Shown here: one piece after another, positions 49,838 through 60,300 of the stretch
How the letters are laid out: the number at the start of each line of letters is the position of its first letter
Position numbering within the stretch: position 1 is the first letter of the stretch
From: Gammaproteobacteria bacterium
Lineage (GTDB): Bacteria; Pseudomonadota; Gammaproteobacteria; Steroidobacterales; Rariloculaceae
Direction: 5' to 3'
NCBI GenBank assembly: GCA_039933105.1
Contig: JBDTOT010000020.1
Coordinates: forward strand, 13,682-77,681
Length of the DNA stretch: 64,000 nucleotides
Notes under the pieces: model-generated
Databases searched by the model: none
Told to the model about the DNA's origin: nothing
What the model saw: only the letters and a program-made list of their open reading frames with translations
Made by a program: the position numbers and the translations under genes

Positions 49838-51067
49838 CTAACCGAGCCCCGTGCCTTTCGCCGCCATATCCCACAGCGGTAGGAACACGCCTAGCGCAAG
49901 CACGAGCACCATGCCACCCACACCCACGATCAGAATCGGCTCGATCGCGGCACTCAGGTTCTCGAGCTCGTAGTCCACTTCGCGCTCATAGAACTCGGCC
50001 ACCTCGCCCAGCATCTCGTCGAGCGCGCCGGTCTCCTCGCCAATCGCGATCATCTGCAGCGCGAGCGGCGTGAACAGGTCAACCGTCTGCGCGGTCCGGT
50101 ACAGGCCTTCACCGCGCTCCACGCCGTCGCGCAGCGCGAACACCCGCTCCGTCAGATATTCGTTCCCAGTGGCACGCGCAATCGTGCTCAGCGACTGAAT
50201 CATCGGCACGCCGGCCTCGAGCGTCAGCGCGAAGGAGCGGCAGATCTGCGCCAAGCTCGCGCGCCGCACGATGCCGCCGACAACCGGTGTCCTCAATTTG
50301 AGCTTGTCCCACGTGTATCGCCCCGCGGGGTCACTTACCCACATCCGGAAAGCCACGATCACCGCGACACCGGCGCTGATCACGAGGTACCAGTACTGCA
50401 ATGTAAACGTCGATACTCCGAGCAACACACGCGTGGCCCAGGGCAGGTTATCGCCGAGCGAGGCGAAGATCGGCGCGAACTTCGGCAAGACGAACATCGT
50501 GATCACGCCCATGGCGATCGCGATCGCGACGACCACCGTCGCCGGATAACGCAGCGCGGCCTTGACCTTGTCGCGCACGCGCTTCTGCATGCCGAGGAAC
50601 TCGTACATGCGGAGGAACGCCTTTTCGAGGGTACCGGAGCTTTCGCCGACCTTGATCACGCTCAAGTAGAACTTCGTGAACACGTCGGGAAACCGACCAA
50701 ACGCGAAGGTCAGATCGCGACCGCCCTGCAGACTCTCGATAACCCCTTGCAACGTCGCGCGCATGACCGGATTTGCCGTAGAAGCCGCGATGCTCTGCAT
50801 ACCACGCAGCAGCGGCACGCCCGCCTTCGAGATCGAGTACATCTGCCGCGAAAACAAAATCAGATCCGTGATCGTAGGGCGACCGCCGCCGAGGCGCTGC
50901 CAGAGCTCACCGAGCACGTCGCGCGTCACGACGATCGGTTTGATGTCGATAGGCGTGATGCCGCGCGCGAACAGGTGCGTCGCGAGCGTCTCCGCCGACT
51001 CGGACTCGAGCGAACCGGCCACGGCTTCGCCGCGCGTCGTTCGGCCGTTGTAACGAAATGCTGGCAC
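49838..51067 (-). CDS. mshG: MSHA platform protein MshG (PilC/GspF family)
   Basis: FSRQMYSISKAGVPLL, VGESSGTLE, ALRYP, IGEETGALD, IEPIL. Confidence 0.93.
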   Translation of the reverse strand: MPAFRYNGRTTRGEAVAGSLESESAETLATHLFARGITPIDIKPIVVTRDVLGELWQRLGGGRPTITDLILFSRQMYSISKAGVPLLRGMQSIAASTANPVMRATLQGVIESLQGGRDLTFAFGRFPDVFTKFYLSVIKVGESSGTLEKAFLRMYEFLGMQKRVRDKVKAALRYPATVVVAIAIAMGVITMFVLPKFAPIFASLGDNLPWATRVLLGVSTFTLQYWYLVISAGVAVIVAFRMWVSDPAGRYTWDKLKLRTPVVGGIVRRASLAQICRSFALTLEAGVPMIQSLSTIARATGNEYLTERVFALRDGVERGEGLYRTAQTVDLFTPLALQMIAIGEETGALDEMLGEVAEFYEREVDYELENLSAAIEPILIVGVGGMVLVLALGVFLPLWDMAAKGTGLG

Positions 51068-51070
51068 GGA

Positions 51071-52861
51071 CTAGGCCGCGGCCGCGCCGTTTTCGCTGAC
51101 GTTAGCCGCGCTGCGCAGCACATCGTCGACGAGACTGGAACGTCCCTCCGGCTCCTCGAGCCCCGACATCGATCGCATGACCTCGTCGACGGAAGTCACG
51201 CCATCCGTCGCGAATTTCAGCGCCCGCTGCACGAGCGGGATGAAGGTAGGCAACCGCGCGACGAGGCGATCGAGTGCCGCTAGATCGGTACGGCGGATCG
51301 CGTCGGCGATGTTGGCATCGATCTCGAGCAACTCATAGACGCCAACGCGGCCGCGGTAACCGGTCATGTTGCAATACGTGCAGCCCATGCCCTCGGCGAA
51401 CTTCGTGGCCGTTATTTGCTCGGCAGAGAGATACCGCGACAACCACGCAGCCTGGTGCACGCTGGGCTCGACCGAGTGCGCGCAGTTGTCGCAGAGGCGA
51501 CGCAGCAGACGTTGCGCGAGGATACAGTCGAGGGCGGAAGCGATCAGATACCCCTGCGTGCCCATGTCGAGCAGCCGGCTGACGGTCGACACCGCGTCCT
51601 GCGTGTGCAGCGTCGAGAACACCATGTGGCCCGTCATCGCCGCACGAAGCCCAATCTCAGCCGTCTCCTGGTCGCGCATCTCGCCTACCAGCACGATGTC
51701 GGGGTCGTGCCGCAACGCCGTACGGAGGATCGCGGAGAATGTGAGCCCGATCTTCGGGTTCACCTGCACCTGATTGATGCGTTCCAATCGGTACTCGACC
51801 GGATCCTCGGCAGTGATGATTTTGGTGTCCGGCGTGTTCAGGTGCTGGAGCGCCGCGTACAGCGTCGTCGTCTTGCCGCTACCCGTGGGCCCAGTCACGA
51901 GCACGAGGCCGGCGCCGCGCTCGATCAATGGCGTGAAGCGCGCGATGATGTCGTCCGGCATACCGAGCTCGACGAAGCTCTTCTGGCTCGTCGAGTGGTC
52001 GAGCAGTCGCAGCACGATGGCCTCGCCGTTGTAGATCGGCATCGTGGACACGCGGACGTCGAACTGTTTTTCGTCTACCTTGATGCTGAAGCGGCCGTCC
52101 TGCGGCTTGCGCTTCTCGGCGATGTCGAGCCCGCACATGAGCTTCAGACGCGTCACGAGCGCTTGGCCTACGCGGTTGCCCTCGATGACTTGTTCTTGCA
52201 AAAAGCCATCGACGCGCAAACGAATGCGCAGGCAACGGTCGTCGGGCTCGATATGAATGTCGGAGGCCGCGACGCGCACCGCATCCTGGAACATCGACTG
52301 AATGAGTTTGATGACTGGCGCGTCGGGCGAACCTTCCTCGGCCGCGAGTGCCTGAAGATCGACGTCGGCGTCGGAGAGCTCCTCGTCGAGCTCCTCGGCC
52401 AATGACACGATCTCCTCGGTGCGCCGGTACATGAGATCGATCGTGCGCAGCAGCGCGGCTTCCTTCGCGAGCGCAAGCCGAATCGGCTTGCCGAGCATGC
52501 GCGCGAGCTCATCGAACGCAAAGAGATCGGTAGGGTCGGCCATGCCGACCAAATAGCCGCGCGCGTCCTCTTTCAGCACGAGCGCGCGATGCCGCCGCGC
52601 CTGAGTTTCCGGCAGCTTGCCGACGATCTTCTGATCGAGCGCCATGTGCGAGAGGTCGACGTACGGAATGTTCAGCGCCGTTGCGAGCGAACCGTGCAGA
52701 TCGGCCTCGGAGACGGCGCCGATGTCGATCAGCACACGGCCGAGCTTGCGACCGCTGGTGCGTTGTTCCTCGAGCGCTTCCTTGAGTTGCTGCTCCGAGA
52801 TCAGCTTCTTCTCGAGCAGCAGGTCGCCCAGGCGAACACGTTTGCGCGGCTCCGGTGCCAC
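51071..52861 (-). CDS. mshE: MSHA assembly ATPase MshE
   Basis: GTG start after AGGAG; tandem RLG/KLG MshEN motifs, GPTGSGKTT, EDPVEY, LRHDPDIVLVGEMRD, tetra-Cys. Confidence 0.93.
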   Translation of the reverse strand: MAPEPRKRVRLGDLLLEKKLISEQQLKEALEEQRTSGRKLGRVLIDIGAVSEADLHGSLATALNIPYVDLSHMALDQKIVGKLPETQARRHRALVLKEDARGYLVGMADPTDLFAFDELARMLGKPIRLALAKEAALLRTIDLMYRRTEEIVSLAEELDEELSDADVDLQALAAEEGSPDAPVIKLIQSMFQDAVRVAASDIHIEPDDRCLRIRLRVDGFLQEQVIEGNRVGQALVTRLKLMCGLDIAEKRKPQDGRFSIKVDEKQFDVRVSTMPIYNGEAIVLRLLDHSTSQKSFVELGMPDDIIARFTPLIERGAGLVLVTGPTGSGKTTTLYAALQHLNTPDTKIITAEDPVEYRLERINQVQVNPKIGLTFSAILRTALRHDPDIVLVGEMRDQETAEIGLRAAMTGHMVFSTLHTQDAVSTVSRLLDMGTQGYLIASALDCILAQRLLRRLCDNCAHSVEPSVHQAAWLSRYLSAEQITATKFAEGMGCTYCNMTGYRGRVGVYELLEIDANIADAIRRTDLAALDRLVARLPTFIPLVQRALKFATDGVTSVDEVMRSMSGLEEPEGRSSLVDDVLRSAANVSENGAAAA

Positions 52862-52869
52862 GGATGCTC

Positions 52870-54588
52870 CTACGGACGCGCCGCCGCGCCGAGCGCGGTC
52901 AGGCGATCGGCCGCCGGTTGGATGATCTTCGGCCAATCGTCATCGTCGTCGACCACGATCGGCCGCAGCAGAATCACGAGCTCGGTCTTCGTTTCTTGCT
53001 CGCGACTGCTACCGAACAGACGCTTCAGCCCCGGTATCTTGCCGAGCCACGGCGTCGAGAAGTCGAGCTTCTTCGACGTGTTTCGCATCAAACCGCCAAT
53101 CGCGATAATCTGCCCGCTCTTGGCTCTCACGATGCTATCCGACTCACGCACCTCGCTGAACGCCAGCGGCAACGTGTCGGTCTCGCCAGACACGGTGAGA
53201 TTCTTCTTCTGGTCCGTCACCTCGCTGACGGTCGGATGGATGTGCAGGATGACCTCGCCCGCCGCACTGATTTGCGGCGTCACGTCGAGCGCGATACCGG
53301 AGAAAAATGGCGTGAGCGTTACGTCTCGGCTCGTCGTCGCAGCCGTGCCCGTCACAGTGTTGCTGCGCACGTCGGTCACGAAGAACTCGTCCGTGCCAGC
53401 CTTGATGACAGCCTTCTGATTGTTCAGCGTCGCAACGCGCGGGCTAGACAGCACGCGCGTGTCGCCCTGAGTCTGGAGCAGCTCCACGAACGCGTTGAAG
53501 TCGCCGATGTTCAGCGCCATCGCGAACGCTGCGCCAATGGTCTGGCTCGGGAAGGACGTGATCGGAGTACCGCCGGGTCCGATCGTGAGCGGGTCGCCAC
53601 CGAGCGGCAGAATATCGCCGATCTGTTTGCCGCCGGACAATGTGCCGCCCGTCAGCGTGTCGCCGCTCGCCGTTTGCTTCACGGCCGCCCAGTTCACGCC
53701 GGACTGGAAGCCGTCGTTCAACGTGACCTCGATGATCTTGGCCTCGAGCACCACCTGGCGCTTGGACGCAGAGTGGATGCGTTGCAAGTAGTCGGCCACG
53801 GCGCGCAACTCTTCCGGCATGCCACGCGCGAATACGACGCCCGATTGCGCGTTCACGACGATCTGCCGGCCCTCGCCCGCGCCGAGGATCGCCCCCAGCG
53901 TCGATTGCAGCTCGGCCCAGAAGTCCGAGTTCGTGATCGTGTCGATGGCAGAGCCTGTGGTTTGGCCGCCGCGACTGCTGTTCTGCTGAGCGTTTTCGGA
54001 GCCGGCAAGGCCATTGTTGCTGCTGTCGCCCGACGAGCCCTGGCGATCACCGCGTGACTGCGTGACCTGCCCGGAGCTCACGCGTGTGCGCGATATTCCG
54101 CCGCGTATCAGGTTCAGATAGTCGATCTCGAACACGCGACTCTGAAGCGTGGCCGGCAGCACGATGTACCCGCCGGCGCTGCGCCGATAGTCGTACCCGT
54201 AAACGTCACGCACCGTCTCGAGCACTTCGGGCAGAGTGACCTGCTTCAGCGTGAGTGTGATCCGGCCTTTGACGTCGGGGTGGACGATCAGATTGCGGTT
54301 CGTGCCTTTCACGAGCCCCATGAAGAAATCACGCGCATCGCCGTCCATGACGTTGACGTCGAACCGCTCCTCGGTCGCCGACGACACGGCCGGAGCCGGT
54401 TTGGGCGGCGGGATAGCGAACGGCGACTGCGCCGCAGGCTGGACGGCCTCCTGCATGGCCGTCGTAATCGCGTCTTGCGTCGCGACGCCGCGCTCATTTG
54501 CGCAACCGGCGAGCCCTACCGCTGCCAGCGCAACGAGCGCCAGGGCCGGCGGGCGCCATGCACGACGAGAGTGGGTGGGCACATTCAT
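52870..54588 (-). CDS. mshL: MSHA secretin MshL
   Basis: Lipobox [55 protein letters not shown]. Confidence 0.93.
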   Translation of the reverse strand: MNVPTHSRRAWRPPALALVALAAVGLAGCANERGVATQDAITTAMQEAVQPAAQSPFAIPPPKPAPAVSSATEERFDVNVMDGDARDFFMGLVKGTNRNLIVHPDVKGRITLTLKQVTLPEVLETVRDVYGYDYRRSAGGYIVLPATLQSRVFEIDYLNLIRGGISRTRVSSGQVTQSRGDRQGSSGDSSNNGLAGSENAQQNSSRGGQTTGSAIDTITNSDFWAELQSTLGAILGAGEGRQIVVNAQSGVVFARGMPEELRAVADYLQRIHSASKRQVVLEAKIIEVTLNDGFQSGVNWAAVKQTASGDTLTGGTLSGGKQIGDILPLGGDPLTIGPGGTPITSFPSQTIGAAFAMALNIGDFNAFVELLQTQGDTRVLSSPRVATLNNQKAVIKAGTDEFFVTDVRSNTVTGTAATTSRDVTLTPFFSGIALDVTPQISAAGEVILHIHPTVSEVTDQKKNLTVSGETDTLPLAFSEVRESDSIVRAKSGQIIAIGGLMRNTSKKLDFSTPWLGKIPGLKRLFGSSREQETKTELVILLRPIVVDDDDDWPKIIQPAADRLTALGAAARP

Positions 54589-54938
54589 GGGGTCGTCTCT
54601 CCTTGACTGGGCTTCGCGGCGGCAGCGGCGGCGTGGCCGAGCGGCACGACGAGTTCGTTGCCGTGTTCGCGCAGATGCACGGCGTCGGGGTCGATGCGAA
54701 CGATTTCGGCGCCGTTGACGGTTTCGCCACTCTCGTACGGCTTCCCGTTCACGATCGCAACGCGGCGGGTGGGCGAGATCAGCACCGCCGTCAATGCGAA
54801 CCGCGGCGCGGCAACGCCGTCGGGGCCGGCGACGTACCGATACGGTTGCATCGGGTCGCGCACGGGCGCGTCCGCGGCAGAAGCGACGCCGGCCATCACC
54901 AGCACGCCTGCCACGATCAATACGCAGCGGCTAAACAC
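54585..54938 (-). CDS. mshK: MSHA biogenesis protein MshK
   Basis: GTG overlapping the mshJ stop; [23 protein letters not shown] (PilP-like). Confidence 0.78.
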   Translation of the reverse strand: MFSRCVLIVAGVLVMAGVASAADAPVRDPMQPYRYVAGPDGVAAPRFALTAVLISPTRRVAIVNGKPYESGETVNGAEIVRIDPDAVHLREHGNELVVPLGHAAAAAAKPSQGETTP

Positions 54939-55614
54939 CGATCCACTCCTTGTCGAGGGAGAGTGTGCGCAGCTCGAGCATGATCGCATTGCGCGGATAG
55001 CCGTCTTCCTTGAATTCGATGCGGCTCCAGTACAGATGCCAAGGCAGCCGTTCCACGGCCTGCAGGTAAGCCAAGCAATCGAGGTAGCTGCCCTCGAGCG
55101 TCAGGACGAGCGTATGGCGGTACAGCTGCGGTTCTTTGGGTTTAGCCTTCGCCTCGTCGTCGTTCCCGGCGGCCGCTTCGGCATTGCCATCCACGAGTGG
55201 CTTGGCCGGGAAATTCGTCGCACTCACCAGCTTGAGCCCGCTCTGACGGCGCAGTAGCTCTTCGAGCACGATCCGCATCTGTTTTGGATCGACGAGATCG
55301 GACGTGAATACACGCACGTCTTCGTCGCTCGTCGCCACACGGCTGCGCAGGGCCGTCAGCTGCTCGAGCTGGGCCGGCATGCCCTCGCTCATGCCAGAAA
55401 TAGTCGAATTCAGCGCAGCGTCGAGCGCCTGTAGGCGCGTGTTCAGCGTCTCCATTTTCTGGGTCGCATGAATCTTGCGAGTGTCGAGCGGGCCCGCCAG
55501 CGCGGCTTCCCACATTCCGCCCAAGACCACGAGGCCCGCGGCGAACACGAATAATCGCTCCCGCAAACTCAAACGGTCGATCGCCTCTCGAACCTTGGTG
55601 ATGCGTTCCTTCAT
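54931..55614 (-). CDS. mshJ: MSHA biogenesis protein MshJ (PilO-like)
   Basis: [47 protein letters not shown]. Confidence 0.85.
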   Translation of the reverse strand: MKERITKVREAIDRLSLRERLFVFAAGLVVLGGMWEAALAGPLDTRKIHATQKMETLNTRLQALDAALNSTISGMSEGMPAQLEQLTALRSRVATSDEDVRVFTSDLVDPKQMRIVLEELLRRQSGLKLVSATNFPAKPLVDGNAEAAAGNDDEAKAKPKEPQLYRHTLVLTLEGSYLDCLAYLQAVERLPWHLYWSRIEFKEDGYPRNAIMLELRTLSLDKEWIGV

Positions 55615-56246
55615 CGTTTGCGCCTCGCATCACGGTCGGCCGCGCTCAGCGCGGCCGCTTGACTCGTCGCGTGAAATACGGATTCGCCGTTGTCTGCATC
55701 GTGCTCGATCTCGAGCGCGTCGAATCTTTGACCCGTCAACGCCTGTTCGCGGCCGAGCCGTTGCAGGTATTCCGGCACCAGCTCCGGCCGCGTGCTGCGG
55801 CCCGCGAGCTCGAGAGCTCCCGTGCTGCCGTTGATCGCGAACTGAGTGAGCCAGAGTTCCGTGGTGCGCTCTCGACCAAGCGCTGCCAGGTAACCCGAGA
55901 AACCGCTTTGGCTCCCGAGCGGCCGCTCGCGCAGCACGTCGATCAGACGCTGTTGAGTCACGACGGTCGCGTTGAGTTTCTTCAACTCTTCCTCGACCTC
56001 CGCGCGGCGGTGCTGGCTCTGCCCTGGGTCGACGCGCGCGATCTGCGCGGTCAATGCTTTCTCGTGGCCTTCGAGCTGCACGACCTCGCCTTCGAGTCCG
56101 CGTACCTGGAGCAGGCCGTACGCGTAGATCATGAGCAAGGCCGCGGCCACGATGCCGAGGACCTGCGTCAACGTCATCGCCGAGAAGATCTGGCGCTGTT
56201 TGCGGAAGATCGGCTGGTAAAGGTTGATCTGTTGATAAACGGTCAT
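55611..56246 (-). CDS. MSHA biogenesis PilN-like protein (MshI C-terminal homologue)
   Basis: QQINLYQP, TM helix, coiled coil, LWLTQF, LAGRS..PELVPEYLQRL. Confidence 0.78.
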   Translation of the reverse strand: MTVYQQINLYQPIFRKQRQIFSAMTLTQVLGIVAAALLMIYAYGLLQVRGLEGEVVQLEGHEKALTAQIARVDPGQSQHRRAEVEEELKKLNATVVTQQRLIDVLRERPLGSQSGFSGYLAALGRERTTELWLTQFAINGSTGALELAGRSTRPELVPEYLQRLGREQALTGQRFDALEIEHDADNGESVFHATSQAAALSAADRDARRKR

Positions 56247-57160
56247 AGAACCACGGGATCTTTGCGCAGCGCAGCGCCGATCGCCGGCAGACACAGCCGC
56301 TGCAGCTCCGGCGACAACGTCTCATCCATGTCGAGCAAGTTATTCAAGTCTGCGTCGTGCACGGGAATGCCGAGGTCACGTGCGAGCTGATCGCGGTCCG
56401 CCGCCTCGAGGCCACAGGTGTGCACCTGGGGAATCGACGTCTGCTCGTAATGGCTCTCGAAATAGTCGAGTGAGCGACGCACTTCGAGCGCGAGCCCGCC
56501 CACGAGCTCCGGCCGTAGCTCGCCGGCCTCGGCCAGCGTGGCCACGCCCGTTTCGACGTGCCGCGCGAGATACAGCACGCCCTGACGCACGAGTAACAAC
56601 GTGCTTTGTCGTTCGCCGAGATACAGGAACGCCGTGCCGCGTTGCTCCGCCTCGAATAGGGTGGCGACGTTGCGCAGGCTGAGCTCACCGATATCGATGA
56701 CGTCGAGCTTGAGCCCGGCACCTTCGACCAAATCGATCTGTTGCTTGACGTAGTCGGCTTTGGCGGTAACCGCGTACATCATGCGGTTGCGGCCGCCGCG
56801 CGCATGGGGCGGCATCTCGAAGACGTCAATGACGGCGTCATCGACGTGGAAATCGATCAACTCCTTGATGCGCCAGCGGACCGCGGCGCGCAGCTCATCG
56901 GCCGGCACGTCTGGCGCTTCGACGAGCAATAACCGGTACCCACCGGGATCGAGCACACTGACCGTCGGCGCGCGGCGATTCGGCAGCCGCGACAGCACGC
57001 GCGCGACCGGATCGTTATCGCCTTTGCGTTCGTAGACGCAGCGTTCGAGCCGCGGCCTTGCGCCGGCGTTGGACAGCTGCGCGGCAGCCACACCCTCGGC
57101 CGTCACGAAGACGCCGATCTGGCTACTGGCCCCGCCAGCGCGCTTAAATAGCGAAAGCAT
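56243..57160 (-). CDS. mshI: MSHA biogenesis PilM-like protein (MshI)
   Basis: YRLLLVEAPDVP..EL..AVRWRIKELI, IDIGELSLRN, LEVRRSLDYFES. Confidence 0.8.
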   Translation of the reverse strand: MLSLFKRAGGASSQIGVFVTAEGVAAAQLSNAGARPRLERCVYERKGDNDPVARVLSRLPNRRAPTVSVLDPGGYRLLLVEAPDVPADELRAAVRWRIKELIDFHVDDAVIDVFEMPPHARGGRNRMMYAVTAKADYVKQQIDLVEGAGLKLDVIDIGELSLRNVATLFEAEQRGTAFLYLGERQSTLLLVRQGVLYLARHVETGVATLAEAGELRPELVGGLALEVRRSLDYFESHYEQTSIPQVHTCGLEAADRDQLARDLGIPVHDADLNNLLDMDETLSPELQRLCLPAIGAALRKDPVVL

Positions 57161-57385
57161 GAATCAAACGCATTCTGTTATCTCTGCAGCTCCGACGCGT
57201 GCTTCAGCCCGGCACGGGCTTCGGTCACACGTTGCCGCCATTGAACTTAATCCGCCGGCGGTCAATACCGGTGGGAGCCGGTTCGCAGTTTTCCCGCCCG
57301 TCACCGGCGCGTAGCGAGAAGTGAGACTTACGTCGGAAACGGCCCTCAGCCGAAGCTTCTCGGCGACCGGAAGGAACTCTCGAGG

Positions 57386-60300
57386 ATGAATGTCGACGGC
57401 GGCTGGGAGTTCTGGATCGATCGCGGGGGCACGTTCACGGACATCGTTGCGCGAACACCGCGCGGCGAGATCGAGACGCTGAAGCTCTTGTCCATGAATC
57501 CCGGACGCTACGAGGACGCCGCGGTCGCTGGCGTTTCGCAGTTGCTTAGCGGCGCGCCGATCGGTGAACGGCACGTCGCCGCGGTCAAGATGGGCACCAC
57601 GGTTGCGACGAATGCGCTCCTCGAGCGGCGTGGTGAGCCGACCGTGCTGGTCATCACCGCGGGATTCGAAGACGCGATACGGATCGGCGGACAGCAACGA
57701 CCCGACATCTTCGCGCTCGACATTCGCCTGCCCGAGATGCTGTACACACGCGTTATCGGCGTCACGGAACGCATCACCGCGGGAGGCGCGATCGAGACTC
57801 CGCTCGACGCGGTACAGCTGAAGCGCGACCTTGCGCACGCGCGTGACGCGGGTCTGCGCAGCGTCGCGATCGTGCTCCTGCATGGCTATCGCTACCCGCA
57901 ACACGAAGCGGCCGCGGAGGCGCTCGCGCGCGACCTCGGTTTCGCACAGATCAGCGTGTCGCACCGCGTGCTGCCGCTGCCGAAGCTCGTCGTGCGCGGC
58001 GACACGACACTCGCAGACGCCTACTTGTCGCCCGTTCTCGACCGCTACGTTGCAAGCGTGCGGCGCGGCCTCGCGGCCGTTCTGGGCGATGCGCCGCTCC
58101 TGTTCATGCAGAGCCATGGAGGCTTGGCCGCGGCCGACCACTTTCGCGGCAAGGACAGTCTGCTGTCGGGACCCGCCGGCGGCGTGGTCGGTATGGTGCA
58201 CGCTGCACGCGCCGTGGGTGTCAGCGAAGTCATCGGCTTCGACATGGGCGGCACGTCTACCGACGTGGCGCTGTACGCCGGGGAGCTGGAACGCACGACC
58301 GACGCCGTGATCGCAGCCGTGCGCATCAGCGCGCCAATGCTCTCGATCAACACCGTCGCGGCCGGTGGCGGCTCGGTCTTGACGTTCGGCGGCGGTCGGC
58401 TGCGCGTAGGGCCGGAATCCGCCGGCGCGCACCCCGGCCCCGCCTGCTATCGCAACGGCGGGCCGCTGACCGTCACCGACGCGAACGTGCTGCTCGGCCG
58501 AGTCCAGCCCGAGTTCTTCCCGCACGTGTTCGGCCCCGCCGGCAACGAGGCGCTCGACGCGACCGCGACGGCCAACGCGTTCTCGTTTCTCGCCGCGAAG
58601 GTTGCGGAGGCGACCGGCGAGCCCCGCGGCGTGGATGAGCTCGCAGCGGGGTTCCTCAAGATCGCGGTGGAGCGCATGGCGAACGCGATCAAGCAGATCT
58701 CCGTGCAGCGCGGCCACGACGTCACTCGGTTCGCGCTCTGCAGCTTCGGCGGCGCCGGCGGCCAGCACGCGGCACAGGTGGCGGACGCGCTCGGCGTGCG
58801 TACGGTCTTGATTCACCCGCTCTCGGGTGTGTTGTCCGCATACGGCATCGGCGTCGCGGATCTGCGCGTCGTGCAGCAGCGCGCCGTGGAGGTGCTGCTC
58901 GACTCCACGCTGCTCGCCACACTCGCGACCGGGTTCAGTGCACTAGCGGACGCGGCACTGACCGAGCTGCGCGCACAGGGCGGCGACGTGTCGCGCGCCA
59001 CCTTCGAGCACCGCGTGCGGCTCAAGGTCGCTGGCGCCGATACGAGCCTCGCCGTGACGTGGGAACTCGGCACTACGCTCGCCGCGTTACGCCGCGGCTT
59101 CGACGAGTTGCATGCACGGCACTTCGGCTTTCAGGCCGACGCGCAAGCCGCGCTCGTGGCGGAGTCCGTCGAGCTCGAAGCCGTGGTCGCAAACCGCGGC
59201 GATTCCGCAGAGCCTGCACATTTGCCGCGTGCCAGAGGCCGTCCGCCGAAGCTCGGCACACGCCGCCTATGGTGCGACGGCGGCTGGTACGACGCGCCGG
59301 TGTATCGGCGTGACGCGCTGCTGGCCGGCGCCACGGTCCGCGGCCCGGCCCTGATCGTGGAGCCGCACGCGACGACGGTCGTGGAGCCCGGCTGGCGCGC
59401 CACCGTGCACGCGAACGCGACGCTCGTGCTGACTCGGGCCCGCGTGCGCCCACGGCGCGAAGTCGTCGCGGCTGCAGGCGATCCGGTCATGCTCGAAGTG
59501 TTCAACAACCTGTTCATGCACGTTGCCGAGGAAATGGGCATCGTGCTCGAGCACACGGCGCATTCGGTCAACATCAAGGAGCGTCTCGACTTCTCGTGCG
59601 CCGTGTTCGCGGCCGACGGCGCGTTGATCGCCAATGCGCCGCACATTCCCGTGCACTTGGGCTCAATGGGCGACAGCGTACAGAGCATCCTGCACACACA
59701 TCGGCCCGCGCGCGGGGATTCGTACCTGCTGAATAGCCCCTATGCCGGCGGCACGCATCTGCCGGACATGACCGTCGTCACGCCGGTGTTCGATCCGAGC
59801 GGCAAACGGCTGCGCTACCTGGTGGCGAGCCGCGCGCATCACGCCGACGTCGGCGGTCGCACACCGGGCTCCATGCCACCGGACAGCCACAGCATCGACG
59901 AGGAAGGAGTGCTCGCGGACGGCGTGCGGATCGTCGCGGCGGGTGAGTTCCTGGAAACCGAGGTGCGCGCGCTGCTTGCGAGCGGCCCGTATCCCGCGCG
60001 CAACCCGGATCAGAACATCGCGGATTTTAAGGCACAGCTGGCCGCGAACGCGCGCGGCGTGCTCGAGCTCGATCGGCTCACGCGGCGTTTCGGCGTACGC
60101 ACCGTCACGCGCTACATGGGCCACGTGCGGCGCAACGCCGCCGATTGCGTGCGCGCGGCCATCGATCGCCTTCGCGACGGCACGTTCCGCGTCGAGCTCG
60201 ACGGCGGCGAACACATCGAGGTAGCGGTCACGATCGATCACGCAGCGCGCGAGGCAATGATCGACTTTGCCGGAACCTCGGCGCAGAGCGCCGGCAACTT

